Origin: Octopus vulgaris
Taxonomy: Eukaryota
Reading direction: 5' to 3'
Assembly (NCBI GenBank): GCA_951406725.2
Contig: OX597837.1
Span: 47,926,001-47,990,000 of the forward strand
Length of the DNA: 64,000 bases
In this document: positions 23,935 to 38,826 of the stretch, piece by piece
Layout: the number at the start of each line of letters is the position of its first letter
Position numbering within the stretch: position 1 is the stretch's first letter
Program-made: the position numbers and the translations under genes
Notes under the pieces: generated by a model
Databases searched by the model: none
What the model saw: only the letters and a program-made list of their open reading frames with translations
Told to the model about the DNA's origin: nothing

Positions 23935-26204
23935 AACCAGTTGTTAGACCCCAGTATGCTTTAGATTAAAGCGTTAGAAGAGTATAGAGCAGTAATATCA
24001 ATTAATAAATGGCAAAAGAACAGGAGCTAAATAATCACCTTTATTAACTTACAGCTGTTTCTGCTATTAAAAAGCATTGCACTCGGAGCTGGTTTGCTTT
24101 AAATACTTTAAATGCTTAAATATGTAACATGTCGCTATATCGAATCGAGCCTGATTTTTTTTTCTGTATTCAGTTAGAATTTCTTGAATATTACCCATGC
24201 GATAAAAAAAAATCTAACCAATCACTATTTCTCCTAAAACTGGCTCCAGAAAAATTCCATCTTTTTGCGCCTTTCTCATTGAGCCTATACAGCACTATAA
24301 ATTCAGCACACCTTGTCTACTTGATAGAGAGTATCGACAGACACCAATAGGAGAAGCCCAACAGCAGCTATACATTAACGATCGGCGACCGCAACACAAC
24401 GCCCAGCAGCTAACTTTTTGACTGCTACAATTAACACCAAGTACAAAAACATTCAAACTATGTTTTGTCGTTCGTAGGACTTGACAGTATTTACTTTTTA
24501 TTTACGAGAGGAATAAAAACTTTGTTTATCATAATTATCACAGATATCTGTTCTTCCTAGTATAAACCAATCAACAACTAAATGCCCTATCCTTTGACAG
24601 CAAAAATTCCACAACATAAAGAAGAGAAACAGACGATCAGAAAGGGAGAATAGAGTCAGATGGCCACAGTCACATAGTGCTGGACAAACGGACAGAAGAG
24701 GGACAGTTGCATATCCTTCCTAATGCCAATCATTGAACTGGGTGCACCTAGTGAGGTCACCAAGTAGCTCACAGGGTAAGAGCCTTCAGCTGAGAGGGGG
24801 TTGTAGCACTGAGGGAGATGGCTTTAAGCCAGGTGAGGAGAGGTGAATGTATGATAGAGGATAGAAACAGGTGTATTGTAGCAAAAGAGATACATGGCTA
24901 CCCTAGTTAGAAAAGGAGAGAAGATGATAAAGAAGTGTCAAGATATACTCTCAAGTTATAGAAAGGGGAACATAAGTGGTCCAGAGGATTGGACAAAATG
25001 AAGTTGGGAAGCATGTAAAAGGCAGGTGGTAAATGAATAAAGATGGGGATAAGGCGAATGCAGTGAATGATGAAAATGAGATGTGGTCCTTTGTGAACAT
25101 CAGGTGGAAAGGAGGAATTAATAGGCACCCAAGCATTTGAACCTGGTATTCAACCTAAGAATAATTCCTTCCATCACTCCAACCAACCTCCAAACCCCTA
25201 AGCCACTAAGAAAAAAAAAAGAAAGATAAAATGTCTAATTGCTGTTGAGGGAAGAGTCAAGCCCTAGTAATCTATATTGTAAACTAGCCTTGGCACATAA
25301 ACTTGCGCAGGCATATCAATCATTTCTACCATAGGAACAAGGCCTCAAATTTTGGAGGATGTTCATTACATCGATCCTAATGCTTGGTACTTATTTCCTC
25401 GATCCCAAAAAGATGAAAGGCTAAGTCGACCTCAACGGAATTTTAACTATAAATGTAAAGATAGACGAAATACCACTAAGCATTTTGTCCAACAAGCAAA
25501 CAGTTCTGCCAACTTGCACATGAATTTATTGCATTTTGGGAAAAACTATTTTAAAATGATGTTGACAATATTCAGTTGGTGTAGGGAATATTGATTTACT
25601 TAGAACTGTTGCATTCAAATTGTCTTCATAAAAATGTGTCAAAGTAATAATAAAATATAAACAAATACAGAAACTTATAATATAATTTTACTCTTACATT
25701 TTTCTTTAAGAACCTTTTCACCTGTGAATAAACTATTTTCAGTAACTTTGTTTTCATTGCCTGTTACTAGATAGCCATCTGGTATTGTGGTAGATATGTT
25801 ACTGGCATGTATGCAATGATAAAGTGGTTATGTTCACAACTGAGTAAATGATTGCCGTATGTACAATACATACATGCACACACACACAAACACACACTCA
25901 CACACACACACACAGACGCGCGCGCACACATACACACACACGCACACACACACACAAACTGAACAAGAGATGAGTGCATCGCATTAACACAAAAGCACGA
26001 CAGCGTGGATGCATTAGAAACCCTCAACATTTCCAAATAGGCTGGAATTTTTCAAACTTATCTCAAAAGTTTGAGACATGTCGACCGTAAATGTGAGTCA
26101 CAGTGGTTCAAGACGTTTTGTTTAAAGTGACATTTCATATTGTTGAAAGTTTTCGCAATTTATTAAATTTTTATAATTTCTCATTATTTTTATTATTACA
26201 TTGT

Positions 26205-26420
26205 CGAGCTGGCAGAACAGTTAGCGCACTGGATGAAAATGCTGAGCGGTATTTCGCCCGTCGCAACGTTCAAATTTCAAATCCCTTCGAGGTCGACTTT
26301 GCCTTTCATCTCTTCGGGATCGATAAATTAAGTACCAGTAAAACACTAGGGTTGATATAATCGACTCATCTCCACCTCCCCCAAACTGCCCTTGTGGCAA
26401 AAATTCTTCTTCTTCTTCTT

Positions 26421-26483
<63 letters not shown>

Positions 26484-26895
26484 ATTATTATTATTATAAG
26501 GCGGTGAGCTGGCAGAATCGGTAGCACGCCAAGCGAAATGCTTAATGGTATTTCGTCTGCCGCTACGTTCTGAGTTCAAATTCCGCCGAGGTAAACTTTG
26601 CCTTTCATCCTTTCGGGGTCGATTAAATAAATACCAGTTACGCACTGGGTCAATATAATCGACTTAATCCGTTTGTCTGTCCTTGTTTGTCCTCTCTGTG
26701 TTTAGCCCCTTGTGGGTAGTAAAGAAATAGGTATTTCGTCTGCCGCAACATTCTGAGTTCAAATTCCGCCGATGTCAACTTTGCTTTCATCCCTTAGGGG
26801 TCGATAAATTAAGTACCAGTCAAATACTGAGGTCGATGCGATCGAGTGTACCTCCCCCCACAAATTCAGGCCTTGTGCCTATAGTAGAAAGGATT
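26205..26895 (+). mobile_element. Cluster of three Nin-domain tRNA SINEs with (TTC)n/(TTA)n tails
   Basis: gagctggcagaa (A box-like), gagttcaaattcc (B box) and ctttgcctttcatcc..ggggtcgataaattaagtaccag, repeated three times. Confidence 0.85.
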
Positions 26896-26897
26896 AC

Positions 26898-26945
<48 letters not shown>

Positions 26946-27701
26946 AAATTTCTAAAGTAAGAAAGTGATGTTAAGACTTACGTGCTGTTCCGATGTGAAA
27001 GATTCAATGTTGATAGTTGAAAAGTATTGTTGGTTTTGTAAGTGCGTGTGTATAAGAATTTTGTGGGCATGCAGGTTTGTGTGGGTGTGTAAGATTAGGT
27101 TGGGTTGGAGGGGTAAAGGAGAGAAAGTCACAACAATTACTTGACGGATAAGTAGGTGTAGGTAGATTTCAGGTGAGAGTTTGCTTTAATTGTTCCTTCG
27201 TTATTTTGTTCTATCTTGATTATTTGGAGGGTAGAAGGTAGGGGGCACATCATAAAGAAGTGGTTCTCATGACAGTGAAGAAAAAGAAGTAGAAGACAAA
27301 TATTAAATTCGACCGATCATACACACACATGTATGTAATAGACATATGTCCAATATGATGTGTGTCCAATATGTTTTGAGTTCAGTTAAACATGGGGCAT
27401 ACACACATACATCACATACATGTGTGTATGTGCATATATGTATAAGTATATGCATGTATATGTATAAATTATACGAATGAATCTATCTGTTTATCTACCT
27501 GTCCGTCTGCCTGTCTGTCTGTTTGTCTTTGTCTCTGTCTCTCTCTCTATATATGCATGTATGTATGTATGTATGTATGTATGCATATATGCATGTATGT
27601 ATGTATGTATGTATGTATGTATGTATGTATGTATGTATGTATGTATGTATGTATGTATGTATGTATGTATGTATGTGTGTATGTATGTAGGTATGTATGT
27701 A

Positions 27702-27764
<63 letters not shown>

Positions 27765-27822
27765 AACATAAAATAAAGGTTACGCAAGAGTAAAAAGATA
27801 TATATATATATTTAACTTCACT

Positions 27823-28320
<498 letters not shown>

Positions 28321-28345
28321 ATATATGTATAATTATATATATATA

Positions 28346-29553
28346 TTAAGGTGACCCGCTCTACGCGCGGGTAAGAGTGTGGTTGTTACTTTCTGTTGCT
28401 TCCTTTCGGCACGTAAAAAGCACCATCCGAACGTGGCCGATGGCAGCGCCGCCTTGACAGGCTTCTGTGCCGGTGACACGTAAAAAGCACCAACCGATCG
28501 TGGCCGCTGCCAGCCCACCCCCATGGCACCTGTGCCGGTGGTACGAAAAAAGCACCCACTACACTCACGGAGTGGTTGGCGTTAGGAAGGGCATCCAGCT
28601 GTAGAAACACTGCCAGATCAGACTGGAGCCTGGTGCAGCCTCCTGGCTTCCCAGACCCCGGTGAAACCGTCCAACCCGTGCTAGCACGGAAAACGGACGT
28701 TAAACGATGATGATGATGATTCTCCCTCTTTTTTCTCTCTCCTTTCTCTCTCCCTTTTTTACTTCTTACTCTTCCTTTCTCTCGGATTCTCCCTCACTTT
28801 CTCTTACTCTCTATCTTTATCTATCTCTCTCCCATTTATAAACAACAAAACATCTTGAGTAAGTTGAGAAAGAAAGTAGTTTGAAAGATCAATCATAAAT
28901 ATCAGGCAGCGACAACGGAAAGGTCTGCTTCAAGGCAGAAAGCAAAACACTAACATTTAAAAGGGACAGACGAACTTGCGAGCTGAAAAAAAAAATATTG
29001 GAAACCAAAATTTGAAGGGATGGAATCTGAAGATAGTAGAGTCACCATGGCTAGCATTTCTTAATGACGGACAGCAACGTAGTGGCAGTTTAACGGCTGG
29101 CGTAAAATTTTGAACTTGATGTAAAAGAAAATTCCTAAACACCAAGTTTTGAAGTGATTCTTTCGCACGACAGTAGACTCACCATGGCAAGCATTCAAAA
29201 CTTCTTCATCATGGACGGCAACACATTGACGATTTAAAAGGCTGGCGCAAATTTTTTAGCTTGATGTAACAGAGAATTCCTAAACACCCGCTCCTGTAAA
29301 TTTTAATCCCCTTCAGCCCATTTAGACCTCTTTTCACACTTTGGTTAATTTAACCCGATTTCATTCGGGTCTAATCGGGCCACATTTTATAAGATGAGGA
29401 ATTTTGTCCTAGATGTCACGCCTTTCATTTGAGGAAAAAAATAGTTGCCATGCAAACTCGCCAACACTTTTAACATAGGTGTACATATTTTCAGCTCAAC
29501 CGACCACATAATGCACACATTATATATATATAAGTACATATATTCACATTATT

Positions 29554-29615
<62 letters not shown>

Positions 29616-30449
29616 TTTGTGTGTGTGTGTGTGCGTGTGTGTACGCATTATATATATAAATGTATACAAATTGTTTATATATATATTTATATAAATACAG
29701 ATATATACACTTTGTATATATACATTATATATACATATTTATATATAGAACACACACACAGACATATATAAATTAACCCAATAAATATCTGATTCATAAT
29801 ATATATTTGTTCTCATGATTGTGTTGTGGTGGTGGCAGACAGACATAGAGAGAGTGTGACAGCGCTGTCGAAGGCGACGGAAGAAGATAGTAGACTTTCC
29901 CTCGCTTTCTCTTACTCTCTATCTTTCTCTATCTATCTCTCTCCCATTATAAACAACAAAAGATCTTGAGTAAGTTGAGAAAGAAAATATTTTTACGCTT
30001 TTTAAACCCTTCGTCGTTATTCTCATTCACTCTATATTACTTTCTCCCTTCCTTTCACTTTCTCTCTATAACGTTATAGAGAGAAAGTGAAAGGAAGGGA
30101 GGTAGACGCTGTGAAACGACGTTATAGAGAGAAAGTGAAGGTAAGGGAGGTAGACGCTGTGAAACGACGTTATAGATAGAAAGTGAAAGGAAGGGAGGAA
30201 AGAGAGTGAGTGATGGAGGAAGACAGATACATAAAAGAATGAGAGTAGACTTGTCAAAGTGTGTTTTTGGCCCTAGCAACGACACCTTTTAAGATGGGGA
30301 TTTCTAACCTAGCCCACTGGCATCGTCACCTCATTTTACATGTCCCTGTAAATTTTGGAGTCAATCCGACGGGATCTAGTGGCCTTTAACCCGTTCTCAA
30401 TGCCAAAACCAGACAAACAAACAAACAAACAAACTTTTCGCATTTCAGA

Positions 30450-30455
<6 letters not shown>
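28346..30455 (-). mobile_element. Non-autonomous Helitron/DINE-like element with nested inserts
   Basis: Minus-strand 5' end ...ataattctgaaatgcgaaaagtttg(tttg)n gtctgg, also seen at 55027-55125 (+). A GC hairpin acccgc-gcgtaga-gcgggt lies just before the end near 28346. Assigning both ends to one element is inference. Confidence 0.5.
28405..28720 (+). mobile_element. RTE 3' UTR copy or RTE-tailed SINE
   Basis: Closely matches 11465-11773; (GAT)n tail. Confidence 0.85.
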
Positions 30456-30510
<55 letters not shown>

Positions 30511-30520
30511 TATAAATATA

Positions 30521-30609
<89 letters not shown>

Positions 30610-31925
30610 TGTATATATATATATATATATATACACATATATATGTGTGTGTAAATAATTTACTGCTCTAACTTTAGAGTGTGCTTCTTTTTCGGGTATA
30701 TGATCTACTGATGATCTACATATATACATGATGGCTGCAGACTCGTGTTCGAATATTGCTAACGCCTTATCGAAAGTCCCACTCATGCGACGACTACGAC
30801 CAGCCATGTTTGTGATAGGTCTTACTTTTTTTTCAAACGATGCCTGTGCATGATGATTTTTTTTATAGGGGGGAAATGCACATTTCCCTGAACCTAACAT
30901 TTTTGCAACCCCCTCATTTTAACATGTAATAGCCCAACTCCCGTAGTCGGTTCATTATCGATTTTTATTGAAATCCAATTAACCTATAATTGAACTGGAT
31001 GTTAGTTCAACATGTATACAAAGTTTGGCGAAGATTGGTTCCTTGGTTTGGGCAGCAAGATGGTAACAGAAAGAGGACAGACAGAAAGGGTAAAAATTGC
31101 CATTTATGTGTGTGTGTGTGCAAGTGTATATACATGTGTGTTTGTAAACAATTGTGTACAGTAAAGCTAATCGTTTAAAGTGGATGGAACACTTGGAAGG
31201 GGGAGACCCAGGAAGACATGGAACGAAAACTGAGGCTTATGAAGGAGATGATAGGAGGGGCGTTAGGAAGGGTATCCAGCCCTATAATCTTGAAGAACAG
31301 ACAATGGAGCCTGGTGCGGCTCCTGTTAAATTGTCCAACCCATGCCAACGTGAAATATGGTTGCTTAATAGTGACGATGATAATGATGATCAATGAATGC
31401 CAGTTATAGAATGAAATATGGTGACTGCTCTCTATTACTGGAGGTGAACATCCGGTTTGTGATAGCAATGAAAAAGACGATGAAATGAACTAAGCAAGGG
31501 TTAAGTTAAGTGTTATGTCACTTGGTACGAAAAACACCATCTCTGAGGGTTAGGGTCAGCAAGAATTTTCTGGAAAAGAGTTTATAGGAACTGTGAGAAT
31601 CTTTACGGGATGTACTCTTGTAGAAATAAAATGTGTGTAGTGGTACTACATGTATAGCGTTTGCGTGAGGAGGAGCTCCCAAAAGCATCTGGGTTCGTTA
31701 GTGTTTTCTTTCATGTTTTGGTTAAATTCATGGGGCGTTTATGTATGGAAGCGGTGTGTGTAGGGGTACAATATATATGGGGACTTATTTGTGGGTGACG
31801 GAAAATGGTTTATTGGGTGAATGCTCGTTGTGTTAGGGCGTGTGCGTTTGTGTATGTTCTGGTCAAACACTTTGCTAGATTCCCAGGTATTGGTGGTATG
31901 AAGGCCGAAACTGGGGGACTGGTAA

Positions 31926-33320
31926 TTATAGTGACGATAGGATACACAAGTATGATATGATGTGCTTCCTTTCTTGTGGGCAAAGATAAAAAATTTCACG
32001 TCTGCTGTTCAGATAGATGCCTTGGTGACGAGGGATCTTTAATATCGCTCTTTTCGCGGCCAAGTATAATCTACATTTCCTGCTACTATTGAAGTATGCT
32101 TTACGTTTCTCTAGAATCCTCCACTTTATGTTGTACTTGGTTGCGCTTTCTTTCAACGACCATACGTGCTTGGTCATGGTTGTGGCGTTACGTCTCTCAG
32201 GGATGCTGCAGGAAGACCAGTAGTTGTCATAGCAGTATCTAAAGTAGCCTTCAGTTCCTCCTATGTACATTCGCATCATTTGGTTACCCATTTGGTCCTA
32301 TTGCTGTTACCTCTGCTTTGTATACGACGATTCCCGTATTACACTGGCTGTTCAGTGGACATGTGTTACCATTACATGAGCATTCTACCTGTCTCGGGTG
32401 TGGGCCTACCTACTAAAATCTTTTTTATATTGGGTGCACAGCTAAAGGAAACTTTCAAAGTGTATCTATTAAATATTTTACTGAACCTATTTGTACGAGA
32501 GAAGTGTTTGTCTAAGGAAAATCTTACCTACCCGGGTAGGTGTTGTGAACCACAACACTTTCTGGTGGCAATTTATTTTGGTGGGTGGGGTAGGATCTGT
32601 CGTATAACTAATTCTTTCCTTGAAACCGCTGGCGGGCAGAACCTCATTATAGTACAGGGTAGCAACATCAAAAAGTCTTTTACTGGGAGATAGGTTGGAG
32701 ACACTTCTGTTAACGCCCTTTACCAGATTCTTGATAACTATGGCTAGATGACAGGAACATGTATTAATATATGATAGCTTCTCATTTGGCTTTTTAATTG
32801 GTCTATAGACACCAGACTCCAAGTCCAGGTCACACCAAGGAAATCCACCGTTTTCTGATTGGTTTCTATCGTGATTTTCAATCCAAGGAAATTCATAGTG
32901 CTGGTGAGATCCTTTCTAAGCTTATCTAGTGTGTGGCCATTTTCCCCTGTTGATATTGCCAGTGTGCCATCCCTGTAGAGGCCGAAGCTAGCAGAAAGGA
33001 AATTCTTTTTGAGTAAATCTAGGACGAAGAAACCAACGAGGTCACACATGCCAGCACTGTCAAAAGCGCCTATTGCTATGTCGAAGGAGCCTTCTGGGTC
33101 AGTTCGTTTGACCCAGGCTGACTCCTTATTGAAGAGTAGGGTTCTTCTGGTATGCATGATAATTCGTATGTACTCATCACTAACTTCAGTGTAGGACCTA
33201 GCGAAATCCAGTACCTTGAAAAGAAATTCGCTCAGTGTAGATGGGTAAAAGTCCACAATATTGAATTGGATAAAACTAGCTTTACCCTACTTTCCTCTAT
33301 TGGTTTTAAACTCAACCAGC
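31926..33320 (-). mobile_element. Decayed Penelope-like element (RT plus C-terminal GIY-YIG), possibly Naiad-like
   Basis: DFYPS...FDIAIGAFDSAGMCDLVG...GLYRDG (RT); NFLGLKITIETNQKTVDFLGVT; YIGGTEG...TKHVWSLKE...IKWRILEK...CRLYLAAK...LNSRRE (GIY-YIG endonuclease). Frameshifted. The clade call is tentative. Confidence 0.85.
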
Positions 33321-33959
33321 CTTCTCACTGGTCAAAAGGGATAAATATCCCCCGAGAAAATATCCATTAATATTATATCACCTGAAGAAATGAATTCATG
33401 AAGATAATCAACTCGATGTCCATGAATACTACAGACTACACTACAATCATCCCACGAATACAGACTGTGATTTTAAGAGATGTGATTATATATATATGTA
33501 TATTTTTTATTTAAAAAATTTTTTTTTATCTAGTTTCAGCTCACGAGTTGTGGCCATGCTGGGGCACCGCCATTTGATGTTGCTACATGATTTTACTTCA
33601 CGAATGCTTTTTAGCAACTGCCATTTGGTGCATGAGAGAGTTCGATGAAGCTGCCCTCATCTGCACCTCCTGCCGTGAAGTTGGTTCATCCAGGACACCC
33701 GACAGGAAGAGATCCAGTCCTACTTTATATATATATATATATATATATAATATACATGTGTGTGTGTATGTGTCTTTGTATGTATGTATTTATGTATGTA
33801 TTTATGTATGCACGTATATATATATGTGTCCATATATATGCATGTGTGTATATATATATATTATATATCCATGTGTATATTCATGTGTGTGTGTGTGTAT
33901 GTGTGTGTGTATGCATACACATACACATACTTTATTACTTTGTCCCATGCATTCCTAAG

Positions 33960-34620
33960 TCTCCCTCATTCACAAGTTCCAACCACTTTAAGTGGTCAGC
34001 ACTTCTTTATGCATCTGTCCTCATGCATACGCATCACATGATCATGCCAGTGCAGTCTCCTCTTTACATCTAATTCCTCTTTAGCATAATTTTTTCTCTC
34101 AGTAGCCTAGTGCTCTGTTGTGTATGTACATTGACATTGCACATTCAGCTGTACATGTTTGTGCCATTTACCTGAAGTGGGTAGGGTCCTGTCTACTTAC
34201 TTGGTTACGAAAATCTTATTTTTTGCTAAGTTAACCTTAAGGCCCTTCAATTCCAGGTTGTGCTTCCACACCTGGAAGTTTTGCTATGAGAACATGATCA
34301 TCAGCATATAGCAGTTCCCCAGAGCAGCCAGTCTTGAATTCCTCTGTTTTAGCCTGGAGGACAATGATAAAAAAGGAGGGCACTGGGAACTGAGACCTGA
34401 TGAATGCCTACCTGTGCACCAAATTCATCACTACTTTTGGTTAACTCTCACCTTTCTGACAGAGTCTCTGTACATGGCCTGTACAGCTTTCACAAGCCAC
34501 TTGTCTACCCTTAACTTCCCCAGAACCCACCATATCACGTAGTGGGGTATTCTATCACGTAGTGGGGTACTCTATCTGGGTACTCCAGATCAACAATTTC
34601 CAGGTAAGTCCTGTGAAGAT
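33960..34620 (-). mobile_element. Old RTE LINE fragment
   Basis: Reverse complement resembles 10080-10450 (EEFKTGC...ELLYADD) and the 11000 region. Confidence 0.75.
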
Positions 34621-37606
34621 GGACTGAACATAACAGAAGGAGACACTTGGAATGGAGAGTTGGTAAAGAAGCCACAAGATGTGTGATGAAAGGTTTCAGA
34701 CAAAGGACACTAAAATAAAAATAATAATAAAGGTGAAGGGAAGAACAAGCATATAGTGCATGTAGTTATTTGGCAAAATAAAGAAAAAGAAACAATAACC
34801 ATCCTGAAATATAGGATTATCTGTTTCAACACATGATTTCACATCAGGAATCTTGCAAAAAAAAAAAAATCTTGAAAAAAAAAAATACATAAACATAAAA
34901 TTTTTTTAATAATTTGTATATATATATATTTAATACACAACTCAGTGAGAATCAGAAGTACTGAGAGAGAATAGTAACTATAACAGCTATTTAGAGCATT
35001 TAGAAACTGACATTCTGAATGATTGGAACTTCCTTTGCTGCAGAGGTTGAATAATAGAGGAACATGTCCTATTCTTTCACCTTTTAGCTTAGAAGATAAG
35101 GTCCATTCAAATCTGCATTATCTATACTGTCCATGGTAGTAGTAGCATTGGTGATGGTAGCAGCAATGGTAATGTGAGTGGTGGTTATGGTTGTAGTGAT
35201 AGCAAAAGTTGTGCTTAAGGAGATGGCTGTGATCGTGGTGCTGGTTTTAATGGTGGTAAGGGCTGTGTTGAAGGAGATGGTGGTGGTGGTGGTGGTGGTA
35301 TAGATGGTGATTTTAGTCCTGTAGTCATCATGTTCTTGTCCACTTCAGCATTAAACTCTACAACACCTGTATTCTTTATTTCCCTCCCTCTACCATACCC
35401 ACCCTCTGTCCACATCCTTGTACATTGTCGATCCTATATTTGCACCATGTCTTGACTCACTAATAACATTGTCTATCTGTCAATATCTCAAGAGGACAGT
35501 TGATTGGCAGAATTATCAGACACAATGCTTTCTAGTATTTTTTTCTTACTCTTTATGAAGTAAATTCAAATATTGCCAAGTTCAATTTTGCCTTTTGTCT
35601 TTTCAGGATCAATAAGATAAAGTACCAGTCAAGTACTATGATTGATGTAATCAAATAATCCAGTTCTCTCAATATTGATGGATTTATATCAGAAACCAAA
35701 TTAGAAATCAAAACACTGGTGGGTCAGCATTGTCAATGCAAAGAGCCAGAACAAATACTAGTATTTGTTTTGACTTTTTATATTCTGAGTTTGTGGCATA
35801 GTGGGTCATGTACCAAAGATGTCAGGCAAGTGAAGGGTTCAACCAAAAAGCCTGCCCAGAGGTGGAAGGAGAAGTGACATCAGGTAAGGAACAAGGAGAT
35901 TTGAGAGATCTCTTTTGAACTGAGGATTTGGTTAGGATGAGCACGTGGTTGGAGTCTCTGCATACTCTAGCTTCTTTCTTGTAGTTGTGGTAGTGAAGGT
36001 TTCTGAGTTGCATAGTAAAATCAAGTTCCTTTTGAAATTGTTCCCAGAGGTTAAGGTCAGAGGGTTTTTGTCTTTTATACTACGGGGTTATTTCAAGACT
36101 GATAAAACAAAGTACCATTCAAGTATTGGTTAATTTAATCTACTATTTCCTGTCACTCTTCTAATTTTCTGAACTTGAGTCCATGTTTGGATGAACATGG
36201 TCTGAATGAACTGGCTTACTGTAAACATGCCCTTTTTGGGTACAGTGCATAAGAGGGGGGATGTAAAGATGCCACAAATATCTGCTCAGATGGAAACATT
36301 TGTTTGGCAAAGGATAAAATCAGTTCAGATATGTTAGTGGGATTACAGCTCAGCACCTGGAGAGATAAGTCCATGCAAACAGACAGAATTATGGCATGCT
36401 GGACAAATGGATCAGTTAGACTGACCTCTGGCAGATGTGGGATGAGGTTGTATGCTAGTCAAGGCTCAAAGTTTGAGGACAGATACCAGCTTGGTTGGAC
36501 TCCAGTTGATTCTTTTACAAGCTCCTCTTGAAAAGGAAGGTCAGTATAGGAAGTGAGATGCTGTCCTCAAGTGACCGCTAACACCATCAGCATCACCATT
36601 ACTCTGCAATCACTTCTGCTGTCATGTTTATTTTAAATTTCCTTTCATAGTCTTGCTGAGGGTTGTCCCACAGAAAATGTTTAACCACTAATTGTCTTGT
36701 TTTCTCAATTCTTACACTTTCTAATAATAATAATAATTTCTGATCCAAGTGCAAAGCCAGCAATTTTGAGAGGAAATGGGTTAGTTGATACCATCGTCTC
36801 TAGTACTTCATTGGTACTATATTTTATAGACCCAGAGAAGATGAAAGAGAAAGTTGACTTCAGTTGGATCTGAACACATTAAAATGAAGTACTAATCGTA
36901 TACTGATGTGAGTTGAAGTATTTGTCTAACCTTTTCTCTTCAAAATTGCTGGCCTTGTTCCATCTATCCATCCACCTCTACCCCACCCTCTAACATAATG
37001 AACCAATGATGGGGCCTTTCAGCTTGCATAAAATAGTATCCAAATCACCCTATAATTATATACACAACCCCTGTTTTAGAAAGGACACATTAGATAATGT
37101 GGTCCCAGGTTCTTGCTACATTGCAAGCAACTTAACAGTTACAGAGAAAATACCTTTGATCTTCGGTGTACTGAGTCAAAGTTGACCAGGGGTTAAACAA
37201 CATTGACAAGAGACTCTCCAGATGTGCTAGAAATAGCAGCGATACCGTGTTCAAATTACATCATCTTAAGAAATAAAGAAACAAATTACACTACAAACTC
37301 ATAAATAAATGGGATTGCCATGACGACAATACAGGCTACATAACCACCATAACCACAAGCACATTATATCCACATTTTATCCAATGAAATGCCAAGCTCA
37401 AACAGCAAATGTGTATGTATGTGACTCTCCAACACCTGCACGTATGTTTCATTATTCTCCCATTACCTCTTCTGTTCTTCCCATTCACCTCTCACAAACG
37501 CCTTCTACATCTTTCTGATAATAAAATCAACTTTTGAAACTTAAGTAAACACTTCATTCGCTTACTAGCAAACTACTTCAACATGACAATCTGCTGAACT
37601 ACATAT

Positions 37607-37651
<45 letters not shown>

Positions 37652-37741
37652 ATCCAAACAAGAAAACACAGAAAAAAAAACACAGCAACACGAGGACGTG
37701 GAACAATTAAAGTATTATTTGATGCTCAGGAAAGCAGGGAA

Positions 37742-37781
<40 letters not shown>

Positions 37782-37831
37782 TATGTATTCGTATATACAT
37801 ATATATATATATATATACATACATACATATC

Positions 37832-37936
<105 letters not shown>

Positions 37937-37994
37937 ATATATGTATGTATGTGTGTGTATATATATATGTGTGTGTATATGTATCTTTATATAT

Positions 37995-38472
37995 ATAAAA
38001 CTGAGAATGTGTGTCTGTCTGTGTATTTCCCTAAAACTTGAGAACTACACAACCAATTTCATTCAAATTTTACACATGCCTTACTTAGGGTCCGGGGAGT
38101 GTCATCGGCAAAAAAATGTTCAACTTCTTGCCTAGAGCGAGCCCATAGCAATATCATATCTTCTCCACTATTTCAGTATTACGTGTTAAAAGTGAAACAA
38201 AAACGTTTCTCTATTTTATGTCAGATACTTTCACTTTAACAATAAAAATAATAATAACAATTGAATTATATGTTGTAATTAATAATTAAAATCAAACTAA
38301 AGTATAATATTATCGTTACATAACAAAAGTAAAAATATAGCAATTGGTATAAAATTACATCAATGACTTGAACTTGAATCAGTGGTTTCACATGAATGGG
38401 AATAAATAAAAAATAAAATTTAAGTGCAGAAATGGAATAGTCCAGATGGAGGTGTGCACGGCTTTTAGCTAG
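37995..38472 (+). mobile_element. Helitron/DINE-like non-autonomous element
   Basis: Starts tatataaaactgagaatgtgtgtctgtctgtg...accaatttcattcaaatttt and ends gtgcacggcttttagCTAG. Confidence 0.55.
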
Positions 38473-38826
38473 CATTAAGCATTCTACTGAGTACCGCTGT
38501 TAATTTATTTCTGATCCATAAAGGCCTATAGCTTCAACAGAGTACTGCTTTTTGGTTTACCGTAAGATTTGTTGTTATTATTATTTCTGTTTAACTATTG
38601 TTATCACGTTTGTTGGTTATTCGTAACAGAAGCGTTGTTGTGTTGCATTTGTTAAATAATTGTAAACCATAACCCTCCCCCTTTGGGAGAAGGAGCTTTG
38701 GTTATTGTTTAAAAATTGAATTGTGTCCCTTTTTTCGCGCCTGTTGATCGACGTGGTTTCGTCGACCGAGAATTCTTGGATTCGGTTTCGAATCTAGGCT
38801 TAGAGAAGGAAGTTCTAATTCTTACA

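Noticed and set aside
24040-24065. Hammerhead half-site (minus-strand GAAACAGCTGTA) upstream of the orphan gene
   Set aside because: No matching CUGANGA box or stems; at most a decayed Penelope-like remnant.
26346-26645. ORF with poly-Asn/poly-Lys
   Set aside because: Antisense reading of a SINE and its (TTA)n/(TTC)n tail.
30060-30200. CRISPR-like or regulatory array
   Set aside because: Head-to-tail ~48-bp minisatellite units with no unique spacers, in a eukaryotic context with no cas genes.
35215-35415. Proline-rich ORF
   Set aside because: Derived from a degenerate (GGT)n repeat; no splice or homology support.
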